DNA of 64,000 nt from an uncultured Pseudomonadota bacterium (GTDB lineage: Bacteria > Oederibacteriota > Muellerivitia > Muellerivitales > Muellerivitaceae): the NCBI GenBank assembly GCA_963770835.1, contig CAVYRH010000003.1, forward strand, positions 32,001 through 96,000, given 5' to 3'. The notes beneath the pieces were generated by a model, which searched no databases, was not told where the DNA came from, and was given only the letters and a program-made list of their open reading frames with translations. Shown here piece by piece: positions 28,758-39,869 of the stretch (positions are counted from its first letter, which is position 1; every line of letters begins with the position of its first letter). The position numbers and the translations under genes were made by a program.

Positions 28758-29484
28758 AACTTCGCTTGAGCGATCGTTCAAAATCGCGAAAGAATTAGTG
28801 CGGGGCAAATGCGCTAATCAGCTCGATCTACTCCGATATCTCGCGTACCGATATAAAAAGGATGTGGGGACCGAACTCTTACAAGCGCAGACCCTTTTTG
28901 ATGTCTTGGACAATGTCCCGTGTTCGGAGAAAGGCAAGGAGCAACTCCTTGGTACGGAAGGATACATCGCGGACAAATATTTCAGCGGGTTAAAAAAATT
29001 CTATAGATTCCCGGGCCGAAAACCACAAGGCAGGGACCAGTTTAACAGCGTACTGAATTATGGTTACGGCATCCTTTACAATGAAGTCGAACGGGCATGC
29101 CTTTACGTCGGTCTTGATCCATATCTCGGCCTCTACCACAGTGAACGCTATGGTAAGCCTGCCCTCGTTCTCGATCTTGTCGAAGAATTCCGCGTACCAA
29201 TCGTCGACTCGGTGCTTTTCCCGCTTTTCATAGAAAAGAAACTGAGCCAACGGAAATATTTTGAAAAAACCGCGGTTGGGCAATATCTGTTATCGCCTGA
29301 GGGAAAAAGCGTCGTGGTGGGGGCGATCATGAGGCGGTTGAATGAAACGACGGCATGGCGGGGGAAACAATATACTCTTAAGCAGATCATAGATAACCAG
29401 ATTAGGGCGTTGGCACGTCACTTTGTCGAAAAGGAGGACAAGTACAACCCGTTTCGTGCGGAAAAACTTTTTTCGATATCATGA
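28758..29484 (+). pseudogene. cas1: 5'-truncated copy of cas1 (no internal stop)
   Basis: 28758-29838 duplicates 15553-16633 (offset 13205). Confidence 0.93.
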
Positions 29485-29816
29485 ACAATTTCAATGCCAT
29501 CACCCTAGTATCGTGGGAAACGCGCGACTGGCGGCATCGGGACAAGGCGGTTCTGTGGTGCAAGAATTATGGTCTCAAGCCGGTTTTCCGGAATATGTAT
29601 ATCGGAAAATTGTATTCAAAAGAACGGGAAAAACTCGAGAATAAATTCAAGGGGGCTTTCGCAAAGAAGACCGAAAAGTTTTTTATCAGTACGCTCTGTC
29701 GGTCGTGCTTTGAAGATTCGGTTTTCGGTGGTACGCTTAGTTCTAAGAAAGATGATGTCGACATTGAAACTGCGTTTGAACTTATCCAAATCACGCCGAA
29801 TTCGGCGGAACGGTGA
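29481..29816 (+). CDS. cas2: Second identical copy of Cas2-like gene
   Basis: Translation identical to 16276-16611. Confidence 0.75.
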   Translation: MNNFNAITLVSWETRDWRHRDKAVLWCKNYGLKPVFRNMYIGKLYSKEREKLENKFKGAFAKKTEKFFISTLCRSCFEDSVFGGTLSSKKDDVDIETAFELIQITPNSAER

Positions 29817-29838
29817 AAAACACCAATAATTGCAGGCT

Positions 29839-29875
29839 CCTGCACATGCCTGTCGCAAAAAGGATAGTGTGCAAC
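29839..29875 (+). repeat. 37-bp direct repeat 3
   Basis: Exact match. Confidence 0.97.
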
Positions 29876-30962
29876 ACTCACGGCCTTAAATTTGGGTGGG
29901 CCGGTGACGAACTTAAATCAACTTTCAGGTGCAGCCACGGTCTCGGGCAAGACTTATGTGTGGTGTGGGAACAGGATTTGTGAGGAAAGAGACGCAACAG
30001 GCAAACAGGTACTCAAAAGGTTCTTTTCCAACGGCGAGCAAGACAATGGACAAAACCTGTACTATACAAAGGACCATCTGGGAAGTGTTCGTGAGGTGAT
30101 GGATGCTTCCGGAAACATCCAAGGTCAGTTTGATTATGATCCGTGGGGCAGGCAGACCCAAATAGCCGGAACTATGCAGCCTTCGTTTGGCTACACTGGT
30201 CATTTTCAGGAACCGACGACAGGGTTACTGCTTTCCAAATATCGTGTCTATAACGCGGATATGGGAAGGTGGACATCGGGAGACCCAAAAGGGCAGGTCG
30301 CGGGAGCAAACATTTATTCTTATGTAAGGAACAATCCTCTAAACACAAGAGACACATTAGGCCTTTATGATTCGAATTCCTTTATAGATAACTGGTTGTA
30401 TAACCCTGATTCTGTATCTGATTTTATCGATCCTGACTATTTTGATTGGTTTACTCCGCAAGTAGCCAATACAGCTGAAAGAGTTGCCCAAGGGGCTGCG
30501 ATTGTAGGTGGTACCGTTGGCGGTATTTCCACACTTGCAGGGGCCGGAACATTGCTCTACTGCGGTTATGATGTTTTAGCTTCCGGGTCTTCTGCTTACA
30601 CTTCATTCGCAATTGGCAATGTACTTACTGGCGCTGCCCAGACGGGTTTGGGTCTGTTCGGGGGAGCACAAATCATAAATCAAGGTTATCAATTCTTCAC
30701 CAATCCAAATCCTGCATACAGTGAAGGTCAACCACTTTTCCAACAAAATGCTTTAACGACCGCATTGGATCTCGCAGGTGGCTTTGTAGGAAGTTCGACG
30801 ATGGATTTATTAAATGGAGCTGCGAGCGCGACCTCAGATTATTCTGACATGGATCAGCAACAGGAGTCAGGGGACCCGACTAATCAAGCAACGGATACTG
30901 CCCCAGCTTCAACCGATAACTGGTATTGGCAAGAAATTGATTTAAATCCAGATGGGACATGA
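29876..30962 (+). CDS. RHS repeat-associated core plus variable C-terminal (toxin) region; 5' part absent
   Basis: YYTKDHLGSVR, YDPWG, FGYTG, RVYN...GRW...DP, N.YSYV.NNP....D.LG. Confidence 0.88.
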
Positions 30963-30970
30963 CTTTTAGA

Positions 30971-31527
30971 TAAACCCTGCCAGCTAACCCCAGGCTTCAG
31001 CCTGGGGGCGAATGGCAGCCCGGAGGGCCGACTGAGTTTGTCGGCCCGAAGGCAAGGAACTGTGGAATGCTCTGGTCATGGGAAAATATTGGTCAGGCGC
31101 ACATACCAGACACCGACTGCAATATCACCTCGTTTGGATACCCAAGTATCGGAAACGAGTCTTGCTTGGCAAAGTTGCCGTCCGCCTGCAAGAGCTGTTT
31201 AGAGAGGCGGCCCACGTCAACCGTTGGGTAATCCACGAATTGAATATTCAGCGAGACCACGTGCATATGCTGATCCAGGTTGAGCCAAAGGTGAGTGTGG
31301 CTAAAGTGGTGCAGGTGCTAAAAGGCGGTACAAGCACCAAGATCAGGCGTGAGTACCCTGAACTTGAGGAGTTTCTCTGGGGGGATAGTTTTTGGGCGGA
31401 CGGCTACTTTGCGGAAAGTATAGGCACTGTGCAGGAGGAGATGATCCGCAAATATATCCGCGAGCAACAGCATGACCAGAGTATGCCGAAAGGTAGAAAC
31501 CCCGGGCTTTAGCCCGGGGAGATTCAT
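30971..31527 (+). mobile_element. IS200/IS605-family element (tnpA only), copy 1; ends approximate
   Basis: Subterminal hairpins CCCCAGGCTTCAGCCTGGGG (30988-31007) and CCCCGGGCTTTAGCCCGGGG (31500-31519). Confidence 0.82.
31078..31512 (+). CDS. tnpA: IS200/IS605 Y1 transposase
   Basis: YHLVWIPKYR, DHVH (HUH), KG..S, FWADGYF, YI.EQ. Confidence 0.95.
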   Translation: MGKYWSGAHTRHRLQYHLVWIPKYRKRVLLGKVAVRLQELFREAAHVNRWVIHELNIQRDHVHMLIQVEPKVSVAKVVQVLKGGTSTKIRREYPELEEFLWGDSFWADGYFAESIGTVQEEMIRKYIREQQHDQSMPKGRNPGL

Positions 31528-31614
31528 TAGCAAATAAACTAACTTTCTTGAATCGAACCTTTTTGGGGGATAATTACCAAACAAGTTTCTTGTCCAATAA
31601 TTTTGGGAGTGAAA

Positions 31615-31896
31615 ATGGCCGATAAGAAAAGAATTATTGTGAATGTTTTTTTTGTGCTGACAGTACTATTGGCGGGAATTGCAGCTCTCTTTTTATTTTT
31701 TTTAATGCCGGTAATACATTCTAAGTTTGCAATTTTCCATGAATATGGATTTTTGTGGCCTCTTTTTTACATTCTTTTTATTGTTTTATACTTTTTTGTT
31801 TTTTTTAAGTTGATCATTTGGTTATTAATCAAGTTTGTATATATGAAAATTATTGCTTGGATTGACAGAACAGACCCCCAAAGAAAAATCCCTTGA
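31615..31896 (+). CDS. Small membrane protein (candidate immunity protein)
   Basis: Two TM helices downstream of RHS tip. Confidence 0.55.
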   Translation: MADKKRIIVNVFFVLTVLLAGIAALFLFFLMPVIHSKFAIFHEYGFLWPLFYILFIVLYFFVFFKLIIWLLIKFVYMKIIAWIDRTDPQRKIP

Positions 31897-31935
31897 GGGT
31901 TCGAGGTTCAAAAACGCTTTTCCAGAGGAAGTTAA

Positions 31936-32335
31936 TTGAATAACACTTTTAAAATACTGGGATTCTTTTTTCTTTCTACGGCCCTGTTCTTTATTCAGAA
32001 CCCAAGCCAGGATTTTGGAAATATCGGGTCGGTTGTCTCTGCCATTCTGGCGATTGTTTTCCTTATAGGTGGTTTCAAATATCCGGGTGCCCTTAAAAAA
32101 ATCTCGATTTTCCTCCTGCTTGTTTTTTTGGGAGCGTGCATCCCCGTTTTTCTTTTTCCGGTTGTGGAAATACTGACGGGATTCCAGGTGTATAGCCAGT
32201 TGGTATCTAATAATTGGAAGCTTATAAGTGCGATTTTAGGCGCCTTATTTTCCCCTTCCTTTTGGTATTTGTTTCGTCGAATCAACCCGGACTGGAAAAG
32301 GTTGGCTGGCGGCATCCTTATATGGACGATTCTTT
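31936..32335 (+). pseudogene. Membrane protein truncated by repeat 4
   Basis: ORF runs into the repeat and ends with repeat-encoded CTCLSQKG*. Confidence 0.65.
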
Positions 32336-32372
32336 CCTGCACATGCCTGTCGCAAAAAGGATAGTGTGCAAC
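32336..32372 (+). repeat. 37-bp direct repeat 4
   Basis: Exact match. Confidence 0.97.
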
Positions 32373-32653
32373 ATGGTATGGGTGGAGATTTGGTGTTGAA
32401 GCCTGCCCTCAACCTCAACGTTAGTCGGGAACTGATGAACACCCAAGCCCAATACCAAGCCGCACTGGGTGGAGCATCCAATACGTCTTTTGTGGTGATG
32501 GGCGTGAATCCGGCTCCCGTCCTGATGGGACTTTCTGGAAATTTGGAGCTTATGGCTGGAAAGAACTTGAGCCTTTTCATCGGATATAGCGGTTATTTCA
32601 GTGGAACGGAGACCCTTAATACCTTCTCGGGGGGTGGAAATATTAATTTTTAG
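32373..32653 (+). pseudogene. C-terminal fragment of an outer-membrane/autotransporter beta-barrel
   Basis: Amphipathic strands, terminal Phe (GGGNINF); no start after repeat. Confidence 0.6.
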
Positions 32654-32821
32654 GTGGTTAATTTTTGGTTCGCGAGCAACCACAACTTGTTGAGGATGGG
32701 TTGAGATTAAATTCCTATATGTTGGAGTTGAGAATTTTAATGAGACTGGAGATCTTGTTGAAAAGCGTTGTATTTCAATTAAATTCTTAATTGAATAAGT
32801 TTTTCTTCGGAGGACATAAAT

Positions 32822-33484
32822 TTGAAAAAGTTTGTCTTTGCAATATTGATTTTCTTTTTTGTTGCCAACGAGGGATTTGCGGGGGAACTTGGATTTGGAG
32901 TCAATGCTGGTTTGAACGTTGCTAATCAAGGAATTAATAATTCCCCGGGCAATAATTTTAGTTCTCTTATTGGTTTTACTGGTGGCCTATTTACCGATAT
33001 AAAATTGTTTGATTTTTTGTCTCTTCAATCAGAAGCGGATTTTACAATGAAGGGAATTCAAGATGCCGTTCCTTCTTATCCTGACTATGACACAATGGGT
33101 AATCTATTAGGATTCCCCCGATCTGATTTTTCGTTCAAATATGAATATCTTGAAGTTCCCCTACTACTGAAGGGCAATTTTAATTTGACGCCTCAACTAC
33201 AAATTAATTTATTGTCCGGGCCCTCAGTAGCATTTCTTTTAAATGAAACTACTACTTTGTCACAGCCATCTTTCGACAATTCATTGGCTTCTTCGGCAAG
33301 CGTTGACGATACAAAAGATCATTCTGGAATTGATTGGGGAGTGATATTGGGAGCCGGAATAGAATATCAAAAATTATTATTTGAAATTCGCTATGACCTT
33401 GGGTTGGATTCGGTCAATAAACCTACGTTGGGAATTGTTAAAAACAGCGTTCTATCTTTTGTAGTAGGCTACCGAATTTTTTGA
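32822..33484 (+). CDS. Outer-membrane beta-barrel (porin family) protein
   Basis: Signal peptide, G..AGLN, YLEVPLLLK, RYDLGL, terminal GYRIF. Confidence 0.82.
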   Translation: MKKFVFAILIFFFVANEGFAGELGFGVNAGLNVANQGINNSPGNNFSSLIGFTGGLFTDIKLFDFLSLQSEADFTMKGIQDAVPSYPDYDTMGNLLGFPRSDFSFKYEYLEVPLLLKGNFNLTPQLQINLLSGPSVAFLLNETTTLSQPSFDNSLASSASVDDTKDHSGIDWGVILGAGIEYQKLLFEIRYDLGLDSVNKPTLGIVKNSVLSFVVGYRIF

Positions 33485-33790
33485 CTCACTAGGTTTAAAG
33501 AGTATTCCACTTTTGCACTGTTCTCCCTTCAAGCTCTTGATGGTGATTTATGAATTACTTGCTATCAATTGAGATTTATTCATGCCAAAAGTGTAAAAAG
33601 CCGTTAAAACAATGATTTTATCATTTTAGGTCATCATTTGTGCGAATTTTGAACGGAAGTATGCCTTTGTAAGATCTCACAGGCTTTAACCCTAAGCTCT
33701 AAATTGACAAACTACAAGATGGGCAGTAACGTTTTACTTGCCTTTGTTACTTTGCATGTAACTTTTAACAATATCTAATAGAAACATTTT

Positions 33791-34471
33791 TTGGTGGAGG
33801 GTTGCGTGAAGAAGCAAACCTTAATATTTGCAATTGCTTTTTTTGGGACAAGTTCGTTTCTGTTCGCTCAGGGTTTGAGGTTAGGAGTCGAGGCGGGACC
33901 AAGCTTTACTAATTTTGTTGGCCAACAAGGTAAGTCGGTGACTTCAGTAGGTCTTACTTGGGATGGATATCAAATTGACACCGGATTTACAGGCGGCCTT
34001 TTCGTAGATTGGTTTTTGTTTAACAATTTCTCCATTGAACCGGAAGTGTCTTTTGTTCAAAAAGGCTCCAACCCTCAGTCTACCATCAACAATAGTTCGG
34101 TAAATGACACAAGCAGTTCGGTTTACAGTTTGAATTACTTGGAGTTTTCATTGTTCCCAATGTATCATTTTCCTCTATTGGGCTTTACCGCAAATGTTTT
34201 TGGCGGACCATCCATTGGATTTTTGCTCTCCAACCAGATTCATTTTTTCGATTCCCAGAATTCTATAAATGTCACTTTGAATAACTACACCGGTATAAAC
34301 AATCTTGATTATGGTTTGAATCTTGGCTGTGGCGTTGAGCTTGGGCATTTTTTGCTGAATCTAAAATATCAACTGGGATTGGCGAATATTGAGAATCCTA
34401 ATCCTGGAAGTGGCGGGTTGCTTCCGGTTCAAAACCAAATGTTAACCCTTACCGCAGGTTATTACATTTAA
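33791..34471 (+). CDS. Outer-membrane beta-barrel (porin family) protein, paralog
   Basis: GFTGGLF.D, PE..F..KG, YLE, GPS.GFLL, KYQLGL. Confidence 0.8.
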   Translation: MVEGCVKKQTLIFAIAFFGTSSFLFAQGLRLGVEAGPSFTNFVGQQGKSVTSVGLTWDGYQIDTGFTGGLFVDWFLFNNFSIEPEVSFVQKGSNPQSTINNSSVNDTSSSVYSLNYLEFSLFPMYHFPLLGFTANVFGGPSIGFLLSNQIHFFDSQNSINVTLNNYTGINNLDYGLNLGCGVELGHFLLNLKYQLGLANIENPNPGSGGLLPVQNQMLTLTAGYYI

Positions 34472-34510
34472 TGAAAAAATTTTAGTGTTCGTTTTACGTA
34501 GGAGAATTTT

Positions 34511-34890
34511 ATGAAAGTGATACTTAAAACGATATTATTTTTTTCGTTAGCAACCCTTTGTTGGTCACAGACTATTTTCACTCCTACGAATACTCCAACC
34601 TCCACACCAACTGCAACGACGACCTTGACACCGACAAATACTACAACTCCTACCCCAACTACCACGCCGTTACGTATTCTGTTTCCTCCTACAAATACAT
34701 CGGATTTCACTTCAAATTCAAACATGTATTTCTTGTGGCACTACGATACCTCGACTGGGTGGGCTCAAATCCCATTCATGCCACACCAAGGAAGTGGAAA
34801 TAATGCAGTAGGATTGTTGGCGCCCGTTACTACCTTTAATGGACAATATGCTGTTGTAAAAGGTCAGGCTCTTCCTACTTCGAATTATTT
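34511..34890 (+). pseudogene. Secreted Thr/Pro-rich protein truncated by repeat 5
   Basis: Signal peptide, TPT linker; reads into repeat (LHMPVAKRIVCN*). Confidence 0.7.
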
Positions 34891-34927
34891 CCTGCACATG
34901 CCTGTCGCAAAAAGGATAGTGTGCAAC
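34891..34927 (+). repeat. 37-bp direct repeat 5
   Basis: Exact match. Confidence 0.97.
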
Positions 34928-35127
34928 TGAGATGGACGATACGGTGTTTATGGCTTCACCAACTAATTATTTCAACAACGGGAATAGTGATAGTTCCTTG
35001 ATTAATCCACCAGGGAATGCGAACGGATTGGAATTATCTGATACTGCCGAGTTACAAATTAATCCTGATTATGCGCCGCCAGAGATTTGTAACCAATCGA
35101 TAGGACTTGTTTATTGGAGGTTTACCG

Positions 35128-36288
35128 ATGAATTTGGAAACTAAGAAAAATCTCGGACGGTTGTTTTTTTGTTTTTCTTTTTTGGGCTGTTTTTTTGTAA
35201 TTCGAATTCTATTGTCTGCGGAGATCCCAAGCGATGGCGTTTTACTTTCCTTTCAAGGTAAGCCAGCCCAATTTACAGCTAAGGATGGTACAAAAGCCGA
35301 GTTATATGCTTCCGGCAAACAGGTGTGGGTTTGTTTTTTCCCCCCAGGAAAGAAAATGTACCTATTTCCTTGTAATCGGTATTTTTTAACCGGAAAGACT
35401 CCTTCCGGTCAGGATCGGGGATTAGTAGATGATCCAACTGGATTTTTTTTCCAGGATAAGGATGAAAAGAAAGCGGAGTTCATTGTCACGACAAAATCGT
35501 ATGGCGGAGAGTCCTTGGATGTGTTCGGTTGGAACGGCTATTTCTTCACACCCCAACCTTTTTGCCCTCCACATTTGCTTTGGGGAGTTAAGAAGGTGGA
35601 ACGCGAGTACTCAGAAACCTTAGGTCAAGATTATTTCTCGCTCGATTTTATTAATGGTCAAAGGGATATCTACTACGTTCATAACCATTATTTGGTACTA
35701 GGAAATGACGCCTTACTAAAAGTCGGTGAAAAACCCCGCACACAAGATTCTGACATCCTGGAATTAAATTCCCGCGTTGCAAAGGGTGATTGGGAAGGAG
35801 CACTGGATTCGGCAAAAAAGAATCGAAGCGCAAAAAAAGTACCGGGTAAACGAGAGATCATAAGCAATCGTATGCTCCAGGCCATTGATATTGAAAAAGG
35901 TAATTATGACGAGGCTGTGAGCGATTACTTTAAAAAGAATGACGGAACATATAACGAAAAAGCCCTTGCACCCGAGAGTTACGCAATGAGTTATGAATCT
36001 CTGGGAGATCAGTTGATCGTCAGTGGAAAGCTCGCGGAAGCAAAAGGATTTTACGAAAAGGCTATTGAGAATTATCAAAGTGAAATTGAAGGACTAAACA
36101 ACATGGAAGCTTCTTTTTTAAGCGTTTATAAGAATCTCAAATCAGTTCCAAATCTAAAACCACAACAACAAATAACCGATGAATACGCGAAACAACAAAA
36201 AGATTCTTTTGCTAAGTCTGTCGAAAAAGAAAATTCAAATATTGATCGGGTGAAACAAAAAACCGAAATGATCGACGAGCAAAAATAG
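35128..36288 (+). CDS. Hypothetical exported protein with TPR-like helices
   Basis: GGAGG RBS, N-terminal TM/signal, SYESLGD......G.LAEA..FYEKAI. Confidence 0.7.
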   Translation: MNLETKKNLGRLFFCFSFLGCFFVIRILLSAEIPSDGVLLSFQGKPAQFTAKDGTKAELYASGKQVWVCFFPPGKKMYLFPCNRYFLTGKTPSGQDRGLVDDPTGFFFQDKDEKKAEFIVTTKSYGGESLDVFGWNGYFFTPQPFCPPHLLWGVKKVEREYSETLGQDYFSLDFINGQRDIYYVHNHYLVLGNDALLKVGEKPRTQDSDILELNSRVAKGDWEGALDSAKKNRSAKKVPGKREIISNRMLQAIDIEKGNYDEAVSDYFKKNDGTYNEKALAPESYAMSYESLGDQLIVSGKLAEAKGFYEKAIENYQSEIEGLNNMEASFLSVYKNLKSVPNLKPQQQITDEYAKQQKDSFAKSVEKENSNIDRVKQKTEMIDEQK

Positions 36289-36348
36289 AATTTTTTTGGT
36301 TGAATTAGAAATTTTTACCGAGTTATTGGTCTTGAGCGAGGGTTTGAA

Positions 36349-37150
36349 ATGTGGAGTTTAAAACTATCAGCCCTAAAAGCGGTTATTAACATGGCAAAAA
36401 AAGTATTCAAATTATTTATGGTTATTTATCTTTTTCAAGGCATTTCGGCCTTGGAGGCGCAGCAGGCTTTTCAGTTCTTACAATTTACCGACAATCCCAC
36501 CTACCAATCCGATTATAATTTACCTTCAACCGACCCGCTTTATGACAGCTTGGCTGGCTTGACAGCGACAAAATTTTTGAGCGATCCAGCCCCTTCTGAA
36601 TGGGCTTCAGTGCCAAGTGTCTTGGTTTGTGATTCATTTGCGAACCGGATAGTTTGGAAAGCCTGGGATACGGCCGCAAATGCATATGGTTTTAATGCTT
36701 ATTCCCATGGTTTTTCAAATCCCCAAGGAATTGCGGCCCGCAGTAACGGCCAAATTTACGTCGTGGACTCGAACAACAACCAAATAGTCCAACTTTCCTA
36801 CAACGCGGGCACCATTAATTTTGTATCCCAGTTTGGGTCGACTGGTCATGCGCCCGGCCAATTTGTTTCTCCCATGGGAATTTCTTTAGATCAAAGCGGA
36901 AATATCTATGTGGCGGATTCTGGAAACAATCGAATTCAAAAATTCGATTCCAACGGGCATCCAATTAATTCATTCATGACTCCTAGCGGCCAAAATCTGC
37001 AATCCGAACCTACAAACTGTATCGGTCCATTTTTTGGGGGGCCGTTTGGAACCCCTCGCGGGATCACGGCTAGTTATTTAGATGGTAGTATTTACGTCGC
37101 CGACACCACTGGGAATATTGCGAAATTCGATTCATCCGGGAACTTGATTA
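36349..37150 (+). pseudogene. NHL-repeat protein truncated by repeat 6
   Basis: F..P.GI......IYVADSGNNRIQKFD repeats; ends in repeat-encoded TCLSQKG*. Confidence 0.82.
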
Positions 37151-37187
37151 CCTGCACATGCCTGTCGCAAAAAGGATAGTGTGCAAC
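37151..37187 (+). repeat. 37-bp direct repeat 6
   Basis: Exact match. Confidence 0.97.
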
Positions 37188-37248
37188 CCCCTACGCCGCC
37201 TAACCCATTTCCTTCACCAACACCGACACATCCATAAGGAGTTTATTT

Positions 37249-37902
37249 TTGAAAACATCCAATCAAAAAAATGAATTCAAATACCTTTATGGTGGCCATT
37301 ATGGGGGTCATCTTTTTCAATTATTCATTAACACTTTGTTCTTTGTTGCGTTCGGGTTAACTCATCACTACGATCACACCTTTTTCCCATTTGCGATAAT
37401 CCTGGGAATTTTTTGGATTGTCTTTGCAGTCCTTTTCTTAAAACGTATCAGTAACTTCCATACTTTGAAAAGGAATACCTATTTAAATGATTATTTAACC
37501 CAAAGATTTTATGAGTTGATGATGTTGGTCTTTGTGCCATTTTTTTTCTACTTTGTCTTTAATAAGGAGATATTTCTGTGGGTCTCTAGTTTGTTAGCAA
37601 TCTTGTATTGTTTTGAACATTTTTACATTAGGTATTCGGCCGAAAAATTAAATTTAAAACACCAAAGTATTTGGGCGGTTCGAATAGTTGTTTTTTCATG
37701 CGTCTTTTTTTATTTGTTTTTGATTTACACTTTTCGAAAATTTTTGCCTGATTTTTCTGGATTGATATGGAATCAGTTTTTTCTGGCTTCGGTGCTGACA
37801 CTGGTAATTGAAAGAATTTTGATGACTGTTTTGGGAGTAAGGGAAGGGAAAAAAATCATTTTTGATTTTTGGCAAAGGGCAACAAGTTTTAAAAAAATCT
37901 GA
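37249..37902 (+). CDS. Polytopic membrane protein
   Basis: Several hydrophobic segments, AGGAG RBS. Confidence 0.65.
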   Translation: MKTSNQKNEFKYLYGGHYGGHLFQLFINTLFFVAFGLTHHYDHTFFPFAIILGIFWIVFAVLFLKRISNFHTLKRNTYLNDYLTQRFYELMMLVFVPFFFYFVFNKEIFLWVSSLLAILYCFEHFYIRYSAEKLNLKHQSIWAVRIVVFSCVFFYLFLIYTFRKFLPDFSGLIWNQFFLASVLTLVIERILMTVLGVREGKKIIFDFWQRATSFKKI

Positions 37903-37991
37903 TACTCGAAGCCTTAGGGTAAATGCAAAGCAAAAAACATTCTACTTTATTCACATTCGGCTTGTTCTAAGCCAAAACTGGAGGAGATTTA

Positions 37992-38540
37992 ATGCGATTC
38001 AATAAAAAAGAATATTGGGTCTTTGGTTTCTTGGGGGTTTTGTTTGGGAATGTTCCACTTATGGCGCAGGAGATAAAACCAACGCCTTTACTCCAAAAAC
38101 CTATTGTCTGCAAATGGACGACTCTTGGCGGGATGCGTTATTTCTTTGCGGGCAAGCGAATCGAAGGAAAGGACTTGGAACAAACTATTTTTTCCCTAAA
38201 GGATATGGAGGCCACCAAACTTTTGAAACAATCCGAGGATTGTGAAACTCTCGGTTGGTTTGGAATCGGCATCGGGGTTCCTTTGATGGTGGCCGGAGTT
38301 GTTGGGCTAGCGAATACCGCTACGAATAATCCGAACGTGGTTAACCCCCTTTGGGCGAGCACGGGACTTGGCGGGGCAGTGATTGGAGTAGCCGGGTCCT
38401 TTTTGCTGATCCAGGGAAGGACTTCCCAATTTGCCGCAGTGCAGCGTTATAACGCCGTAATCCATGATGAAGGGGATATGTCTTTTAACCCAAGGCCGAA
38501 AACGTCAGTACCTTTGTTGACTCTAAGCGCGAAGTTTTAA
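37992..38540 (+). CDS. Hypothetical exported/membrane protein
   Basis: GGAGGAG RBS, signal peptide, two Gly-rich helices. Confidence 0.7.
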   Translation: MRFNKKEYWVFGFLGVLFGNVPLMAQEIKPTPLLQKPIVCKWTTLGGMRYFFAGKRIEGKDLEQTIFSLKDMEATKLLKQSEDCETLGWFGIGIGVPLMVAGVVGLANTATNNPNVVNPLWASTGLGGAVIGVAGSFLLIQGRTSQFAAVQRYNAVIHDEGDMSFNPRPKTSVPLLTLSAKF

Positions 38541-38606
38541 CCTGTTGATTTTGTTTTGAGGGTGGGTTTGTAAAAGCAAGTTTTTAACCAAGTTTTTTGA
38601 AACGCG

Positions 38607-38985
38607 ATGGATATGAAAAAATATTGGATTTTAACCTTATATTTCATTCTCGAGGCCGGGATAGCGTGCGCCCAGACCCCGACCACATGGCCGTTTTTCA
38701 AGAACGACGTTTATCGTTCTTCTGAGCAGACGTTTGATAAAATCGCCATTAATTCCACGAACCTGTCCTTGAAATGGCAGACAACCACCCTAGGGCTGGC
38801 TAATGCTGTCGCTTATTCTTCCCCGGTCATATCCCTTGCAAACGTCTATATTGCTGCCTTGGACGGGAATATTTATGCCTACCAAAACAACCCCGTATTG
38901 GGTTCCTCCACCATCAACCCACCCCTTTGGCATTACAAAACGGACGCGCCAATCTATGGGACGCCTGCTGTTTTTGATATAGGAA
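38607..38985 (+). pseudogene. PQQ-like beta-propeller protein truncated by repeat 7
   Basis: WP.F..D..RS, LKW, SSPV, DG.IYA, LW.Y.T...I..TPAV; ends in repeat-encoded TCLSQKG*. Confidence 0.75.
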
Positions 38986-39022
38986 CCTGCACATGCCTGT
39001 CGCAAAAAGGATAGTGTGCAAC
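38986..39022 (+). repeat. 37-bp direct repeat 7
   Basis: Exact match. Confidence 0.97.
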
Positions 39023-39395
39023 TTTTTGGGGTCCCGGCTTGCAATACAATGGATCAGGCGATTATGCGACTGCTGGTTACTTCGCAGGAACACCGACATC
39101 AATTGGACAATCAGGAGGAGGTTTTGGTTTGGGTGCTGCCGCGAGTGCAGGGGGTGGTTTTTGGGTTTCTAATGCGAATTCTATTTATGATTTAAACGGG
39201 CCATTTAATCTCTTCAACATTTATTTACCATTTACGACCATCAGCTTTTCGACTGGAACTGGAAGTCAAGGACAGTCGATATGGCAAGCTGGTTTTAGTT
39301 TTGGACCTTTTGGAGGTGTTGGTATTTCAGATTACACAACAACAACAGAAGGCTCGATGAACTCGGTCTCGAGTGGGTGTCCTCATGCACCGTAG
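39023..39395 (+). pseudogene. Gly-rich C-terminal fragment, probably an RHS toxin tip
   Basis: No start after repeat; overlaps following small membrane gene as in toxin/immunity pairs. Confidence 0.45.
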
Positions 39396-39771
39396 TAATT
39401 TGATCGACCTTTTCATTGTCTTTTTCACTCCGGTTTTTATCGGCGCATTTCTTTTCCAATTTATTTTCAGAAGAAAGGAGCAAATTTTATTCAAGTTTGA
39501 GATTCTGCCAGCGCAGCTGAGGATTCATATTTTCCCGTTTTTTTGGTTGAGCTTCAATTACGACACTTTTGAATCGTTGGAAATCGCTCCATTTGGAAAA
39601 TCCTTCTCGACTATTTTTCGATTTAATATTCGGCTGATGAATGATGGGATTTATATAAAAAGGAATCGGGGGTTAATCCGTGAATTTTTTATCGGCCCCA
39701 ATGATGTCGAAAAATTCTTCCAAAAACTAAATGCGGTGGTTTCCGATTTCAAAACACAAAATGAACGTTAA
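39385..39771 (+). CDS. Small membrane protein (candidate immunity protein)
   Basis: N-terminal TM; overlaps upstream stop. Confidence 0.55.
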   Translation: MHRSNLIDLFIVFFTPVFIGAFLFQFIFRRKEQILFKFEILPAQLRIHIFPFFWLSFNYDTFESLEIAPFGKSFSTIFRFNIRLMNDGIYIKRNRGLIREFFIGPNDVEKFFQKLNAVVSDFKTQNER

Positions 39772-39869
39772 AAATCATGCTGGCTTATACTTTAAAAACG
39801 GTGGAGGATGAGAAGGAAATCAAAGAACTAAATAAAAATTGATCTGGTAATAGATAAAAGGGGGTTTGG

